Below the pieces are notes generated by a model. The model had not been told where the DNA came from, searched no databases, and saw nothing but the letters and a program-made list of their open reading frames with translations. Of a DNA stretch of 64,000 bases, positions 8,724 through 19,208 are shown one piece after another. Both the position numbers and the translations under genes were made by a program. Each line of letters starts with the position of its first letter. The stretch's first letter is position 1. Location of the stretch: positions 253,984 to 317,983 of the IMG/VR virus record IMGVR_UViG_3300027793_000052; one strand, given 5' to 3'.

Positions 8724-11717
8724 ATGGAGATTTCAAGTAAAATACTCTCAGACATAACAGTCCACATGAAATACGCTAAGTATGTTCCTGAGTTAAACAG
8801 AAGAGAAACGTGGGAAGAATTGGTGACAAGAAATAAAGAAATGCACCAAAAAAAATATCCACAAATTAAAGATGAAATTGAAAAGGTATATAAATTAGTA
8901 TATGATAAAAAAGTTTTACCCTCAATGAGAAGTCTTCAATTTGGCGGAAAACCAATTGAAATTTCACCGAACAGAATTTACAATTGTGCATACATGCCAA
9001 TTGACCATACGGATTCTTTCGCTGAAGCGATGTTTTTACTATTAGGTGGTACAGGGGTTGGTTATTCGGTACAAAGACATCATGTTGATAAATTACCAGA
9101 AATTAAAAAACCAAACACAAATAGAACTAGAAGATACCTTATCGGTGACTCTATTGAAGGATGGGCTGACGCTATCAAAGTTTTGATTGAATCGTATTTT
9201 GGTTCTAAATCTTCCACCCCTATATTCGATTATTCTGATGTTAGACCTAAAGGTGCAAGATTAGTAACATCAGGTGGAAAGGCACCAGGACCTCAACCTC
9301 TAAAAGATTGTATCCATAACATTAAAAAGATTTTAGATACAAAAAATGACGGTGATAAATTAAAACCAATTGAAGTTCATGATATTGTATGTTTTATCGC
9401 TGATGCAGTTTTAGCTGGTGGTATTCGTAGAGCGGCTTTAATTTCATTATTTTCAGCTGATGATGATGAAATGTTGGCATGTAAATCAGGTAATTGGTGG
9501 GAATTAAATCCACAGAGAGGTAGAGCTAACAACTCAGCTGTTTTAATGAGACATAAAATCACCAAAGAATATTTTATGGACATTTGGAAACGTATTGAGT
9601 TAAGTGGTTCAGGTGAACCTGGTATCTACTTATCTAACGATAAAGATTGGGGGACTAACCCATCACTGAGAGCCGGTACAAAAGTTTTAACAACAGAAGG
9701 TATATTTCCTATTGAAGATTTACAGGATAAAAAGTTTTATGTTAAAAACTTAAATGGTGAAATTAGTGAGGCTAAATGTTGGTTATCTGGTGTGGATAAA
9801 CAATTATGGAAATTAACGTTAAGTGATGGACATGAATATTTTGCAACACCAGAACACGAATGGCCTGTATGGGACGGAACTAAATATATTAAAGTTAAAA
9901 CCCCTGATTTAGTATCTGGAGATAAACTACCAATTTTAAGGGAATCTAAATTATTTGACGGTGATTTAGGTAATTATGAAGATGGTTTCTTATCAGGATG
10001 GTTAATTGGTGACGGATGGGTAACAAATAGAAAAGAATATTCAGAATATGGTATGATAGTTTCTGACTTAGATGATAAATCTAACATATCTGAAAGGTTA
10101 ATTAACACTATTAAAACAAACGTCCCAGAATTTAATGGAAGTTTCAAAAAAAGATTTAGAAAAGAATTTGAAAACCATGAAGAAGAAATGCAAATAATTT
10201 TGGTGGATACTAAAACTAAAGAGATAGGTATTAATAATAAACAAGTTGATACCTATATAAAAAACTTTGGTATTGTGGATAAAAATGTTGGTTTACCTAA
10301 AGCCGTTTGGGAGAATGGTTCCGAAGAATATAGAAAAGGTCTAATAGATGGCTTATTTAGTTCAGATGGTAATATTTCTAAAACACAAAAAAGAATAACA
10401 TTAACTTCTAGTCATAAAAAATTAATTGATGATGTTTCCGAGTTATTAGGTTTTTATGGTGTTAAAACAAAAATTAAACATAAAAAATCTAAATTAGATG
10501 GCTATGATAATGAATTTGATAGGTATGATTTAAAAATTTGTGAAGGAGCGTCTATTAAACATTTCAGAAATTTATTTAAACTAAGTAATAAATATAAACA
10601 AGATATATTAGATTCTTATGAATTCAGATATAATATTGTTGACCCTAAACAGATAGAAGTAGAATCGGTAGAACTAACAAACATTAAGGAAAATGTTTGG
10701 GATATATCTGTCTATGACGAAACACACTGTTTTCAGATATCTAAAGTTGTAACTGGAAATTGTTGTGAGATAGCATTACGTCCTTATCAGTTTTGTAACT
10801 TATGTGAGGTAAACGCTTCAGATATTACATCTCAAGAAGATTTCGAAGAGAGAGTTAAAGCGGCAACATTCATTGGTACATTACAGGCTGGTTACACTGA
10901 TTTCCACTACTTAAGAGATGTATGGAAACGTACAACTGAGAAAGACGCTCTCATAGGTGTTGGTATGACAGGTATTGGTTCAGGTGTTGTATTGGGTTAC
11001 GACATGAAGAAGGCAGCAAAAATATCTAAAGAAGAAAATGAAAGAGTGGCAGGTTTATTAGGTATTAATAAGGCAGCTAGAACTACTACAGTTAAACCTT
11101 CAGGTACTTCTTCATTAGTATTAGGTACATCTTCAGGTATTCACGCATGGCACAATGATTACTATGTTAGACGTGTTCGTGTTGGTAAGAACGAGGCTAT
11201 CTATAGTTACTTATCTATTTACCACCCTGAATTACTAGAGGATGAATACTTTAGACCACATGATACGGCTGTTATTTCTATTCCACAAAAGGCACCAGAA
11301 GGAGCTATTGTTAGAACAGAATCCGTATTCCAATTACTTGAACGTGTTAAAAAGGTTTCACACGAATGGGTTAGAAGTGGTCACAGAACAGGATCCAACA
11401 CACATAATGTATCCGCTACAATCTCTATCAAAGACAATGAATGGGATTTAGTTGGTCAGTGGATGTGGGATAATAGAGACTATTATAACGGATTATCCGT
11501 ATTACCTTACTCAAACCATACTTACAAACAAGCACCATTTGAGGATTGTGATAAAACGACTTATGAAAATTTACTTAAGACATTACACAATATTGATTTA
11601 ACTAAAGTGGTAGAATTGGATGATAATACTGATTTAAGTGAAAATTTGGCATGTTCCGGAAATAATTGTGAGATAGATATAGATCTTAGCAAACTAACAA
11701 AAAACGATGTAGTTTAA
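8724..11717 (+). CDS. nrdJ: Class II (AdoCbl-dependent, monomeric-type) ribonucleotide reductase containing an intein
   Basis: RETW, LPSMRSLQFGG, YNC, GTGVG, VLAGGIRRAA, GEPG, GTNP|CCEI after splicing, TTVKPSGT, C-terminal CSGNNC. Confidence 0.9.
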   Translation: MEISSKILSDITVHMKYAKYVPELNRRETWEELVTRNKEMHQKKYPQIKDEIEKVYKLVYDKKVLPSMRSLQFGGKPIEISPNRIYNCAYMPIDHTDSFAEAMFLLLGGTGVGYSVQRHHVDKLPEIKKPNTNRTRRYLIGDSIEGWADAIKVLIESYFGSKSSTPIFDYSDVRPKGARLVTSGGKAPGPQPLKDCIHNIKKILDTKNDGDKLKPIEVHDIVCFIADAVLAGGIRRAALISLFSADDDEMLACKSGNWWELNPQRGRANNSAVLMRHKITKEYFMDIWKRIELSGSGEPGIYLSNDKDWGTNPSLRAGTKVLTTEGIFPIEDLQDKKFYVKNLNGEISEAKCWLSGVDKQLWKLTLSDGHEYFATPEHEWPVWDGTKYIKVKTPDLVSGDKLPILRESKLFDGDLGNYEDGFLSGWLIGDGWVTNRKEYSEYGMIVSDLDDKSNISERLINTIKTNVPEFNGSFKKRFRKEFENHEEEMQIILVDTKTKEIGINNKQVDTYIKNFGIVDKNVGLPKAVWENGSEEYRKGLIDGLFSSDGNISKTQKRITLTSSHKKLIDDVSELLGFYGVKTKIKHKKSKLDGYDNEFDRYDLKICEGASIKHFRNLFKLSNKYKQDILDSYEFRYNIVDPKQIEVESVELTNIKENVWDISVYDETHCFQISKVVTGNCCEIALRPYQFCNLCEVNASDITSQEDFEERVKAATFIGTLQAGYTDFHYLRDVWKRTTEKDALIGVGMTGIGSGVVLGYDMKKAAKISKEENERVAGLLGINKAARTTTVKPSGTSSLVLGTSSGIHAWHNDYYVRRVRVGKNEAIYSYLSIYHPELLEDEYFRPHDTAVISIPQKAPEGAIVRTESVFQLLERVKKVSHEWVRSGHRTGSNTHNVSATISIKDNEWDLVGQWMWDNRDYYNGLSVLPYSNHTYKQAPFEDCDKTTYENLLKTLHNIDLTKVVELDDNTDLSENLACSGNNCEIDIDLSKLTKNDVV
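9663..10760 (+). mobile_element. Intein (366 aa) with LAGLIDADG homing endonuclease
   Basis: Starts SLRAGTKV; block B ATPEHEW; motifs GWLIGDG and GLFSSDG; ends VWDISV...VTGN before +1 Cys. Removal restores GTNP-CCEI. Confidence 0.92.
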
Positions 11718-11725
11718 ATTTAATT

Positions 11726-11755
11726 AAAATCCCCACAATGTGGGGATTTTTTTTT
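11726..11755 (+). terminator. Intrinsic terminator after nrdJ
   Basis: ATCCCCAC-aat-GTGGGGAT stem plus long T run. Confidence 0.85.
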
Positions 11756-11775
11756 GATAAAAAATATTTATTTGT

Positions 11776-12552
11776 ATGATTATATATAAAACAACAAATC
11801 TATTAAATAATAAAATATACGTAGGTCAATCTAAAAACGATGATGACCACTACTTAGGTAGTGGAACATACATAACCAAGGCTATAAAAAAATACGGTAA
11901 ATCAAATTTCAAAAAAGAAATATTAGAAAGGTGTTCAACACACGAGGAGTTAAATTCTAGAGAATTGTATTGGATAGATAAATTAAACTCAACAGATAGG
12001 AGTATAGGGTACAATGTTAGCAGAACTACTTATGGTATATATACAGAAGAATCACGTAAAAAACAAGGTTGTAAAGGTCATTCAGAAGATACTAAACGTA
12101 AAATATCAGAGGCTCTAAGAAAGTACGAAAGAACAGATGAACACAAAGAAAAGTTATTAAAATCTATTAAAAATATAGATTTTTCTTACATGAAAACTGA
12201 AGAATATCGTAATAATATGAGTAAGTTAACCAGTGGAGAAAAAAACGGTATGTACGGTAAAAAACACGGTAATAATACTAAAGAAAAAATTAGTAAATCA
12301 TTAATGGGTAAAGAACCATGGAATAAAGGGAAAGATGGATCATCATACTATAAAACCATGTTAATCAATTCTTTAAATAAGATACGAACACATTACAATA
12401 TAACAATAGAAGAACTTATAAATAACTTAGATTTGTATGTTAGTAAATCTAAAAACGATGGAATTATATCTAAGAATAAAGGTATATCCAACAACACTTT
12501 AATCAAGTTCGGTATACCAACCTTATACGAAATACGTAAAAAACATGGGTAA
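11776..12552 (+). CDS. Free-standing GIY-YIG homing endonuclease with NUMOD3-like repeats (Seg-like)
   Basis: IIYKTTN...IYVGQS, YLGSG, KKYGKSNFKKEIL, E...GYN; HSEDTKRKISE and GEKNGMYGKKH repeats. Confidence 0.88.
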   Translation: MIIYKTTNLLNNKIYVGQSKNDDDHYLGSGTYITKAIKKYGKSNFKKEILERCSTHEELNSRELYWIDKLNSTDRSIGYNVSRTTYGIYTEESRKKQGCKGHSEDTKRKISEALRKYERTDEHKEKLLKSIKNIDFSYMKTEEYRNNMSKLTSGEKNGMYGKKHGNNTKEKISKSLMGKEPWNKGKDGSSYYKTMLINSLNKIRTHYNITIEELINNLDLYVSKSKNDGIISKNKGISNNTLIKFGIPTLYEIRKKHG

Positions 12553-12554
12553 TT

Positions 12555-12581
12555 AAAACCCCTCCTAGTGAGGGGTTTTTT
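12555..12581 (+). terminator. Intrinsic terminator
   Basis: CCCCTC-ctagt-GAGGGG stem plus T6. Confidence 0.85.
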
Positions 12582-12638
12582 ATGCTCTAAAAATTACACT
12601 TTATATTTTATTTTTTGGTGGTAAATTTCTTAAATGGA

Positions 12639-12646
12639 TATTTATA
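12639..12646 (+). promoter_or_regulatory. TATTTATA putative late promoter of the baseplate/tail operon
   Basis: GATATTTATA after a terminator, 15 nt before the gp25-like ATG. Confidence 0.65.
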
Positions 12647-12661
12647 AAGAAAAGTATTAGA

Positions 12662-13048
12662 ATGGCACAAAAAAGATTTATTAACATACAGTTTCCATTT
12701 TCTGATGACCCTGAAGGCAAGTTTTTAGAAATGAATACCGAACCAAAAAGAGCTATTAAAGCGGATTTGGTTCATTTATTATTAACTAATAAAGGTGAAA
12801 GATTGTATATGCCAGATTTTGGTGCTAATTTAAGACAATACATTTTTGAACCAAATGATGAACCTAGTTACAGTGCTATTAAAAACGAAATTAATACAGC
12901 TATATCCAAGTTCATACCAAATTTAAATGTTACTGAATTAACGGTAACACCATCTGAAAATAATATTCATGCAGTTATAGTTAGACTAGATTATGTTGTA
13001 ACTACAGGTGCTTTTGAATCTAACGACTTTGTAATATTAGAAATATAA
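12662..13048 (+). CDS. Baseplate wedge protein, gp25/GPW-like
   Basis: LLLTNKGERLYMPDFGANLRQYIFEP signature. Confidence 0.9.
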   Translation: MAQKRFINIQFPFSDDPEGKFLEMNTEPKRAIKADLVHLLLTNKGERLYMPDFGANLRQYIFEPNDEPSYSAIKNEINTAISKFIPNLNVTELTVTPSENNIHAVIVRLDYVVTTGAFESNDFVILEI

Positions 13049-13049
13049 A

Positions 13050-14867
13050 ATGGCCGAGAAAAAAATAAATTATTTTGCCAGACAGTTTGCCGATGTAAGA
13101 GGGGAATTGATAAATTATGTAAGACATTTTTATCCTGAGTTATATCAAGATTTTAATGACGCATCAATAGGTATGATGTTAATCGAATTAAATGCAGCTG
13201 TGTCTGACATGTTATCTTATCATACAGATAAAATGTTTACCGAAACACAAATTGATTATGCACAAGAAAGAAGGTCTGTAATGAATATCGCCAGAACTTT
13301 AGGTTTAAAAATACCTGGCAGAAGGTCTTCCATAACACTTGTAGATTTTTCTGTTGTCGTACCAGTTTTTGGGGACACTTTTGATGTGAGATACGCTCCC
13401 ACAATAAAATATGGAACCCAAGTTGCCGGTGCTGGACAAACATTTGAAACATTAGATGATATAGACTTTTCCTCACCGTTTAGTACAGGTGGCATACCCA
13501 ACAGACTAATTATCCCAAATATAAACGCTAATAATCAAATAGTTAGTTATACTTTAGTAAAAAGAGAAATTGTATCAAACGGGATTAGTAAAATATATAA
13601 AAAAATTATAACTGATAGAGATGCTAAACCTTTTTTAGAAATCATATTACCCGATAATAATGTTGTATCTATAGAACAGGCAATAACAAAAGAAGGTACC
13701 ACATTTATAAATAACCCAACAACAGCCGAATTTGTTGATAATAATTTAAGATGGTGGGAGGTAGATTCCTTAGCTGAAGATAAAATATTTGTAGAAGATC
13801 CAAATAGAAGTACCGATAATACTGGTATAAAACCAGGTAAATGGATGTCCGTTAATAGAAAGTTTATTAAAGAATATACTGACACTGGCTTTTGTAAAAT
13901 AACATTTGGTTCTGGTTTTTCCGATCAACAAAACTTACAAGCTTACACAACAAATCAATATGTTTTACAAGTATCTAATTTTTTTAATAGTACTGCTTTA
14001 GGTGAAATACCTAGACCTAATACGACTTTATATGTTAGATATAGAGTAGGTGGTGGTACTACGGCTAACATAGGTGCTAATGTTATAAATAGTGTTGGTT
14101 TTGTAGATATGTTTGTAAATGGACCTAACACTACCAACAACCAAGCTGTTAGACAATCCTTAAGGGTTAACAACCCAATACCGGCTTTTGGTGGTGGTGA
14201 TGAACCAACAATTGATGAAATTAGATGGATGACAAAGTATAACTTTGCGTCACAGAATAGAGCGGTTACGATAAAAGATTATATAGCAACCATATTTAAA
14301 ATGCCAGGTAAATTTGGTGTCCCTTTTAGAATGCAAGTGGCTGAAAATCAAAATAAAGTAGAATTTGCTGTATTGGGTTTAAACTCACAAGGTAAATTAG
14401 ATAACTCGTCAACCAACACATTAAAAGAAAATATGTCAACTTGGTTAGCGGATTATCGTATGATTAATGATTATGTTTTAATTAGAGACGGTAAAGTTAT
14501 TAATTTAGCTTTTGATATTGATTTATATACAGATAAATCTTTTAATCAGGCTGAGATAGTTAACAATGTTATTAACACAATAACAAGTTATTTTGATGTA
14601 AATAAATGGCAAATGGGTCAAAACATATACATATCACAATTAATAGAACAAATTAATAATGTAGCCGGTGTATTAAATATTACAGACATAAAAGCTTACA
14701 ACAAAGTTGGTGGTAATTATTCTTTAAACTTTACAAGACAAAGTTATATAGATAACGTAACCAAACAAATTGATTTAACTTTGGATTATGTTTTATTTGG
14801 TGAATATGATACAATGTTTGAAATAAAATATCCACAAACAGACATTAGAGTTAGGGTCAAATCTTAA
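13050..14867 (+). CDS. Baseplate wedge protein, T4 gp6 / baseplate J-like
   Basis: YQDFNDASIG, FGSG, YRVGGG, AFGGGDEPT, QNRAVTIKDY. Confidence 0.88.
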   Translation: MAEKKINYFARQFADVRGELINYVRHFYPELYQDFNDASIGMMLIELNAAVSDMLSYHTDKMFTETQIDYAQERRSVMNIARTLGLKIPGRRSSITLVDFSVVVPVFGDTFDVRYAPTIKYGTQVAGAGQTFETLDDIDFSSPFSTGGIPNRLIIPNINANNQIVSYTLVKREIVSNGISKIYKKIITDRDAKPFLEIILPDNNVVSIEQAITKEGTTFINNPTTAEFVDNNLRWWEVDSLAEDKIFVEDPNRSTDNTGIKPGKWMSVNRKFIKEYTDTGFCKITFGSGFSDQQNLQAYTTNQYVLQVSNFFNSTALGEIPRPNTTLYVRYRVGGGTTANIGANVINSVGFVDMFVNGPNTTNNQAVRQSLRVNNPIPAFGGGDEPTIDEIRWMTKYNFASQNRAVTIKDYIATIFKMPGKFGVPFRMQVAENQNKVEFAVLGLNSQGKLDNSSTNTLKENMSTWLADYRMINDYVLIRDGKVINLAFDIDLYTDKSFNQAEIVNNVINTITSYFDVNKWQMGQNIYISQLIEQINNVAGVLNITDIKAYNKVGGNYSLNFTRQSYIDNVTKQIDLTLDYVLFGEYDTMFEIKYPQTDIRVRVKS

Positions 14868-16654
14868 TGAATAGTATTAGAAATATAATAGGTGAAAAGA
14901 GATACAAACTCGCCACCAACCAAAACACTAACTTAAGTTTAGACTTAGAGAATAAAACTAAAGTTTTAAATAATGAGGTTTTTTTTGAGGTTGTTAATGC
15001 TCAAAATGTTTTTGAAGTTGAAAGAAATGAAAGTAACAAATATAGATTTAACGGTAAATTAAACATCTACACATCAAACGCTTTATCTACTACAGCAACA
15101 TCTAATGATTGGGATCCTTTATTCAAGGACAACCCACCAACAACACCAAATAATTGGGTTATGCAAATAACATATCCTTCATTTATGGATGATGAATATG
15201 AAATAAAATATTCTCATCCTGTTTTTGGGTTAAAAACCAAAGCTTACCGTGGTTTACAATATACAAAATTAAGTTCCACTTTTGTTAACGGATCTAATAA
15301 ATTAACGATAATTGGTGTACAGAGACATAATTTAGAAATAGGTGATTTTGTATATTTAGTTGATACAAACTACCAAGGGTTTCATAGAGTACAATCTTTA
15401 GGTATTAGTGGTAATGATTTAAAAACTTCAGTCACTTTAGACACATTTGTTGATACGGTGACTGGTGTTACAACAAATTATAATAATTTTAAAAGAGTAT
15501 TAAATGTATCTAAAAACGATATATCTTTTAACAATCCCAATACATTTAACTATACCGAATCCACCGATATTAGTGGTAACACAGGTATGGGGTACACAAA
15601 AATAGTAACTACATCAAACCATGAATTAAGTATTAACAATTTCGTTGATATTAGAGTAGGATCTTCAAACCCATTAAATGGTGTTTGGAAAGTTGTTAAT
15701 ATATTAGCCCCAAATGTTTTTATAGTTAAAGTTGAAACTTTGGCTAACTACAATTTTTCTTCAGCAAAATATAGAATATTAGATTGTACACCATCAGAAT
15801 ATTATATTAGGTACTTTGAACTTTTAACATCAAATGAATATGAAGTTTATAAATGTGCCTTTAGTTCCAACATATACAGTAATGTAATTGATCCTAAAAT
15901 AGGTACAGCTAACGATACATGGGCATTTCAATATAATAAAGACATCAACATTAAAAATTTAAAGGACAATAGAAACGGTAAAATTTCTGAATTATACTAT
16001 ACCATAATAAAAAGAGCTGGTTTAAAAACATACCCTTGGAGTGATGTTGTGGCAGATTGGGACTTTAATGCCACATTTACCAATTTAAGTAATGGTTTAG
16101 AAACCATATCAAAAATAAACCCTAATGGTATCGGTTCGGTTGAAAAGAAAACCCAAAGAACTGAAAGTGTAAACCAAGCCGGTGATTTAGTATTTAATTC
16201 GGGTGATTTTTATTTTGGTGAATTTGTTGAATTTAACATGTTAGAAATTATTGAAAGGCCTGTTGCTGACGTAATACATAGATTTGGGTTAAATAGTAAC
16301 CCAAACGGAAGAGGTTATTATTACAAACCATTTCAAAATTTACAAATCAGAGTGTACTCTACACAAATAGAAACGGCAGATGCTGATGAAATAGTTATTG
16401 ACTTACCAGAAAACTTTGTGACATATGCCGATGGATCTTTGGCTTGGAAAGATTTATTACCAATAGGTTACTATGAGGATGATAATAATGGCGTTGATTA
16501 TCCTTTTAACAATGGGGCCAATTATTTTTATTTTAATAAAAACTTATACGTTAGAGTACAACCAATATATGTCCCACCACCAACCCAAACTACAACACAA
16601 ACCACAACACAAACTGTTGATAATGCAATTGTTAATATAAACGAAGAGTGTTAA
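14867..16654 (+). CDS. Putative baseplate/tail structural protein
   Basis: TAATG-coupled; two HNL/HEL-x-x-G/N-D/N-F-V beta repeats; lies in the structural operon. Confidence 0.6.
   Translation: MNSIRNIIGEKRYKLATNQNTNLSLDLENKTKVLNNEVFFEVVNAQNVFEVERNESNKYRFNGKLNIYTSNALSTTATSNDWDPLFKDNPPTTPNNWVMQITYPSFMDDEYEIKYSHPVFGLKTKAYRGLQYTKLSSTFVNGSNKLTIIGVQRHNLEIGDFVYLVDTNYQGFHRVQSLGISGNDLKTSVTLDTFVDTVTGVTTNYNNFKRVLNVSKNDISFNNPNTFNYTESTDISGNTGMGYTKIVTTSNHELSINNFVDIRVGSSNPLNGVWKVVNILAPNVFIVKVETLANYNFSSAKYRILDCTPSEYYIRYFELLTSNEYEVYKCAFSSNIYSNVIDPKIGTANDTWAFQYNKDINIKNLKDNRNGKISELYYTIIKRAGLKTYPWSDVVADWDFNATFTNLSNGLETISKINPNGIGSVEKKTQRTESVNQAGDLVFNSGDFYFGEFVEFNMLEIIERPVADVIHRFGLNSNPNGRGYYYKPFQNLQIRVYSTQIETADADEIVIDLPENFVTYADGSLAWKDLLPIGYYEDDNNGVDYPFNNGANYFYFNKNLYVRVQPIYVPPPTQTTTQTTTQTVDNAIVNINEEC
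16586..16615 (+). repeat. 12-bp tandem repeat (QTTT x2.5)
   Basis: CAAACTACAACA CAAACCACAACA CAAACT. Confidence 0.6.
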
Positions 16655-17436
16655 TAAAATATACCATACAAAATTTATTTCAAGAAATTACTGGGGCAAC
16701 ATCAACATTGACAGGTGGCACGTTGAATGGGTTATATAAATCTATACCTTTACCGATAACTCAAACAATAGCACCGTTGTTTTTTGGTGACAAAATGTTA
16801 GATGTTATAAATGAAGAAAAAGAAAAAATGATAAACCCAATAATTGACGGTGAAACTTTAAAATATAATTTTAATAATTTGACTGCCAACAACAATAAAG
16901 GTTTGTTAATTAGTTTTAAATTTTGGGATCCCAACACTTCTAGTATGAATATGGATTATAGTTTGGCTGGTTTCACAACTGAAGATGTGACAAAAAATAA
17001 AAACGGGTTTAAAAAAAGTTTTTTTAGATTATATTTTTATGACAGTAATGATAGTGAAAATAATTCTTTAATATTTACGGAAGATATTGATGTTGATTAT
17101 ACTTTAAAACCTGAATTTAGTTTAAACCGTTTATATTGGTTAAGAAACGACCAATACTTTGTTGATAATAACACCAACCGAGTTTTATATATGGACGCTA
17201 GATTTTTTAATGCTAAAACAGGCAAAATACACAGATTTATAAACCCACCATCTAATGTTACAATGCCTGTAGATATAAATACATATAAAGACATAAACAA
17301 TAGAGGGTGGAGAACTTCCAGAGTAGAATTTATAAACCCTAAAAATAATAATGGTAATTATAATTTTTTAGTAACACCTAATGTTGGTGCTAACACTAAT
17401 AACACAATAACAATGACAGAGTTTATATTAAAATAA
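16648..17436 (+). CDS. Putative virion structural protein
   Basis: FKKSFFRLYFYDS, YMDARFFNAKTG; operon context. Confidence 0.6.
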   Translation: MLIKYTIQNLFQEITGATSTLTGGTLNGLYKSIPLPITQTIAPLFFGDKMLDVINEEKEKMINPIIDGETLKYNFNNLTANNNKGLLISFKFWDPNTSSMNMDYSLAGFTTEDVTKNKNGFKKSFFRLYFYDSNDSENNSLIFTEDIDVDYTLKPEFSLNRLYWLRNDQYFVDNNTNRVLYMDARFFNAKTGKIHRFINPPSNVTMPVDINTYKDINNRGWRTSRVEFINPKNNNGNYNFLVTPNVGANTNNTITMTEFILK

Positions 17437-19208
17437 TGGAGTTATTTAAAAGAAATGTAGGTTATCAAGACATAGGTAGGGATAGTAATTTAACAATCAC
17501 TGCCACTACAATATACATACCTATATTTTTAACTCAGTCATTTGAAGATTTAGGTCTTTATACAGACACTAAAAACCCAATATTTGACGTTGTTACGGGT
17601 TTTACAGGTATATGGGACACCACGTCTAATACTGGAACAACACAAAAACCTTGTTTGGTTTTAAATAATTGTGGTGTAGGTAACCCTACAATAATAAAAC
17701 CTTCATTTTACGGTGCGTCCGATGCTTCTATTAATGTTAACAATATTACAAATTGTTCACAACAGTATACATTTAAATGGACTGGACCTAATAATTATAA
17801 CAATACAACCACACTGTACCCAACAGGATTAAAGGCTGGTAATTATACATTAAAGATTACAGATAACAATTGTGATATATCCTACCATTCTTTTTTAATT
17901 CCAGAAGCAGAAATTTTAAATACAACAACTTCTTTATTTAATTCTCAAGTTAATGATATTAATGGAACATGTAATGGTTCAGCCTCGGTTGTTGCATCTG
18001 GAGGTTTAGCACCTTACAGTTATAATTGGTTTATAAATACAGGTGTTACGGCCACAACATGGACAAGTTTAGGTTTAACAACTTCTACCATAACTGGACT
18101 TTGTGCTGGTACATATTTAGTTCAAACCACGGATTCCACAGTACCACCAGTAACAGTATCTTCTATTTTTAAAATAACTGAACCAAGTGTATTATCTGGT
18201 AATGTAATAACAACAATCAACGTGGATTGTTTTGGTGGTAATAATGGCGAGATTAATGTTATAGGTTTTGGCGGTAATATGGGTACTGGTTATACCTATA
18301 CATTATCACCTGGATTTATTTCTAATTATACTGGTATGTTTAAAAACATAGGTTCTAATACTTATAGTGTATTAATCACAGATTCCGTAGGATCAACTTA
18401 TAATCTAACACCAATAATTATAACACAACCAGTTGTTGTTAATGCTACCGTAAATTTATTATCAAATGCTGGATGTTTTGGTGGTGATTTAGGTTCTATA
18501 ACTATAAACCCTTTTGGTGGTAACGGATCTTATTCAATAACAGCTTATCGTAATGGTTTACAATATAATTTCTACACTACATCATCATCATTAAATATAA
18601 CCGATTTAGAAGCTTCATTATATACGTTTGATATTACAGATGGTAATGGTTGTACATTTAATGGATTGTCACAAACAGTTTACCACAGAGAAGATTTTGA
18701 TATAACAATAACTAAACCATCACAAATAAATGGTTATGATATACCTTGTTATAGTAATACAACACAAATAACTGCCACGACAACATTCATTTCCGACGCT
18801 TATACATTACCGACGCCCGCTGGTAATATTAATTTTTATGCTAATGGTGTTTATAAAAGTACTTGTTCACACGTATTGGGTAGTGGTTGTACGTCTATAT
18901 TAACAGGTTTAACCGCTGGTGATTACACAATTACAAGCGTATCTAATGTTGGGTGTTCTGCAACAACCTTTGTAACTTTAACACAACCAGAATCAGTTTT
19001 ATCGATAAACTTAGGATTAATTGAAGTTTCGGCGTCTGATAGACAAGGTGTTATAAATATTAACGGTGGTGTTACTCCTTACACTGTTTTATGGAGTGAT
19101 AGTAGTAATGACATAACATCTAACGTACACACTACCGGATACGGCGTATTAAGTGTTACTGTTACAGATAATAATGGTTGCACAGCAACAGATAATATAA
19201 CAATATAA
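17436..19208 (+). CDS. Virion protein with SprB-like repeats (putative adhesin / receptor-binding protein)
   Basis: Repeated units: C.GG..G.I...GG..PY.Y.W ... GL.AG.Y...ITD..GC, ending I.EP/QP. Confidence 0.75.
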   Translation: MELFKRNVGYQDIGRDSNLTITATTIYIPIFLTQSFEDLGLYTDTKNPIFDVVTGFTGIWDTTSNTGTTQKPCLVLNNCGVGNPTIIKPSFYGASDASINVNNITNCSQQYTFKWTGPNNYNNTTTLYPTGLKAGNYTLKITDNNCDISYHSFLIPEAEILNTTTSLFNSQVNDINGTCNGSASVVASGGLAPYSYNWFINTGVTATTWTSLGLTTSTITGLCAGTYLVQTTDSTVPPVTVSSIFKITEPSVLSGNVITTINVDCFGGNNGEINVIGFGGNMGTGYTYTLSPGFISNYTGMFKNIGSNTYSVLITDSVGSTYNLTPIIITQPVVVNATVNLLSNAGCFGGDLGSITINPFGGNGSYSITAYRNGLQYNFYTTSSSLNITDLEASLYTFDITDGNGCTFNGLSQTVYHREDFDITITKPSQINGYDIPCYSNTTQITATTTFISDAYTLPTPAGNINFYANGVYKSTCSHVLGSGCTSILTGLTAGDYTITSVSNVGCSATTFVTLTQPESVLSINLGLIEVSASDRQGVININGGVTPYTVLWSDSSNDITSNVHTTGYGVLSVTVTDNNGCTATDNITI

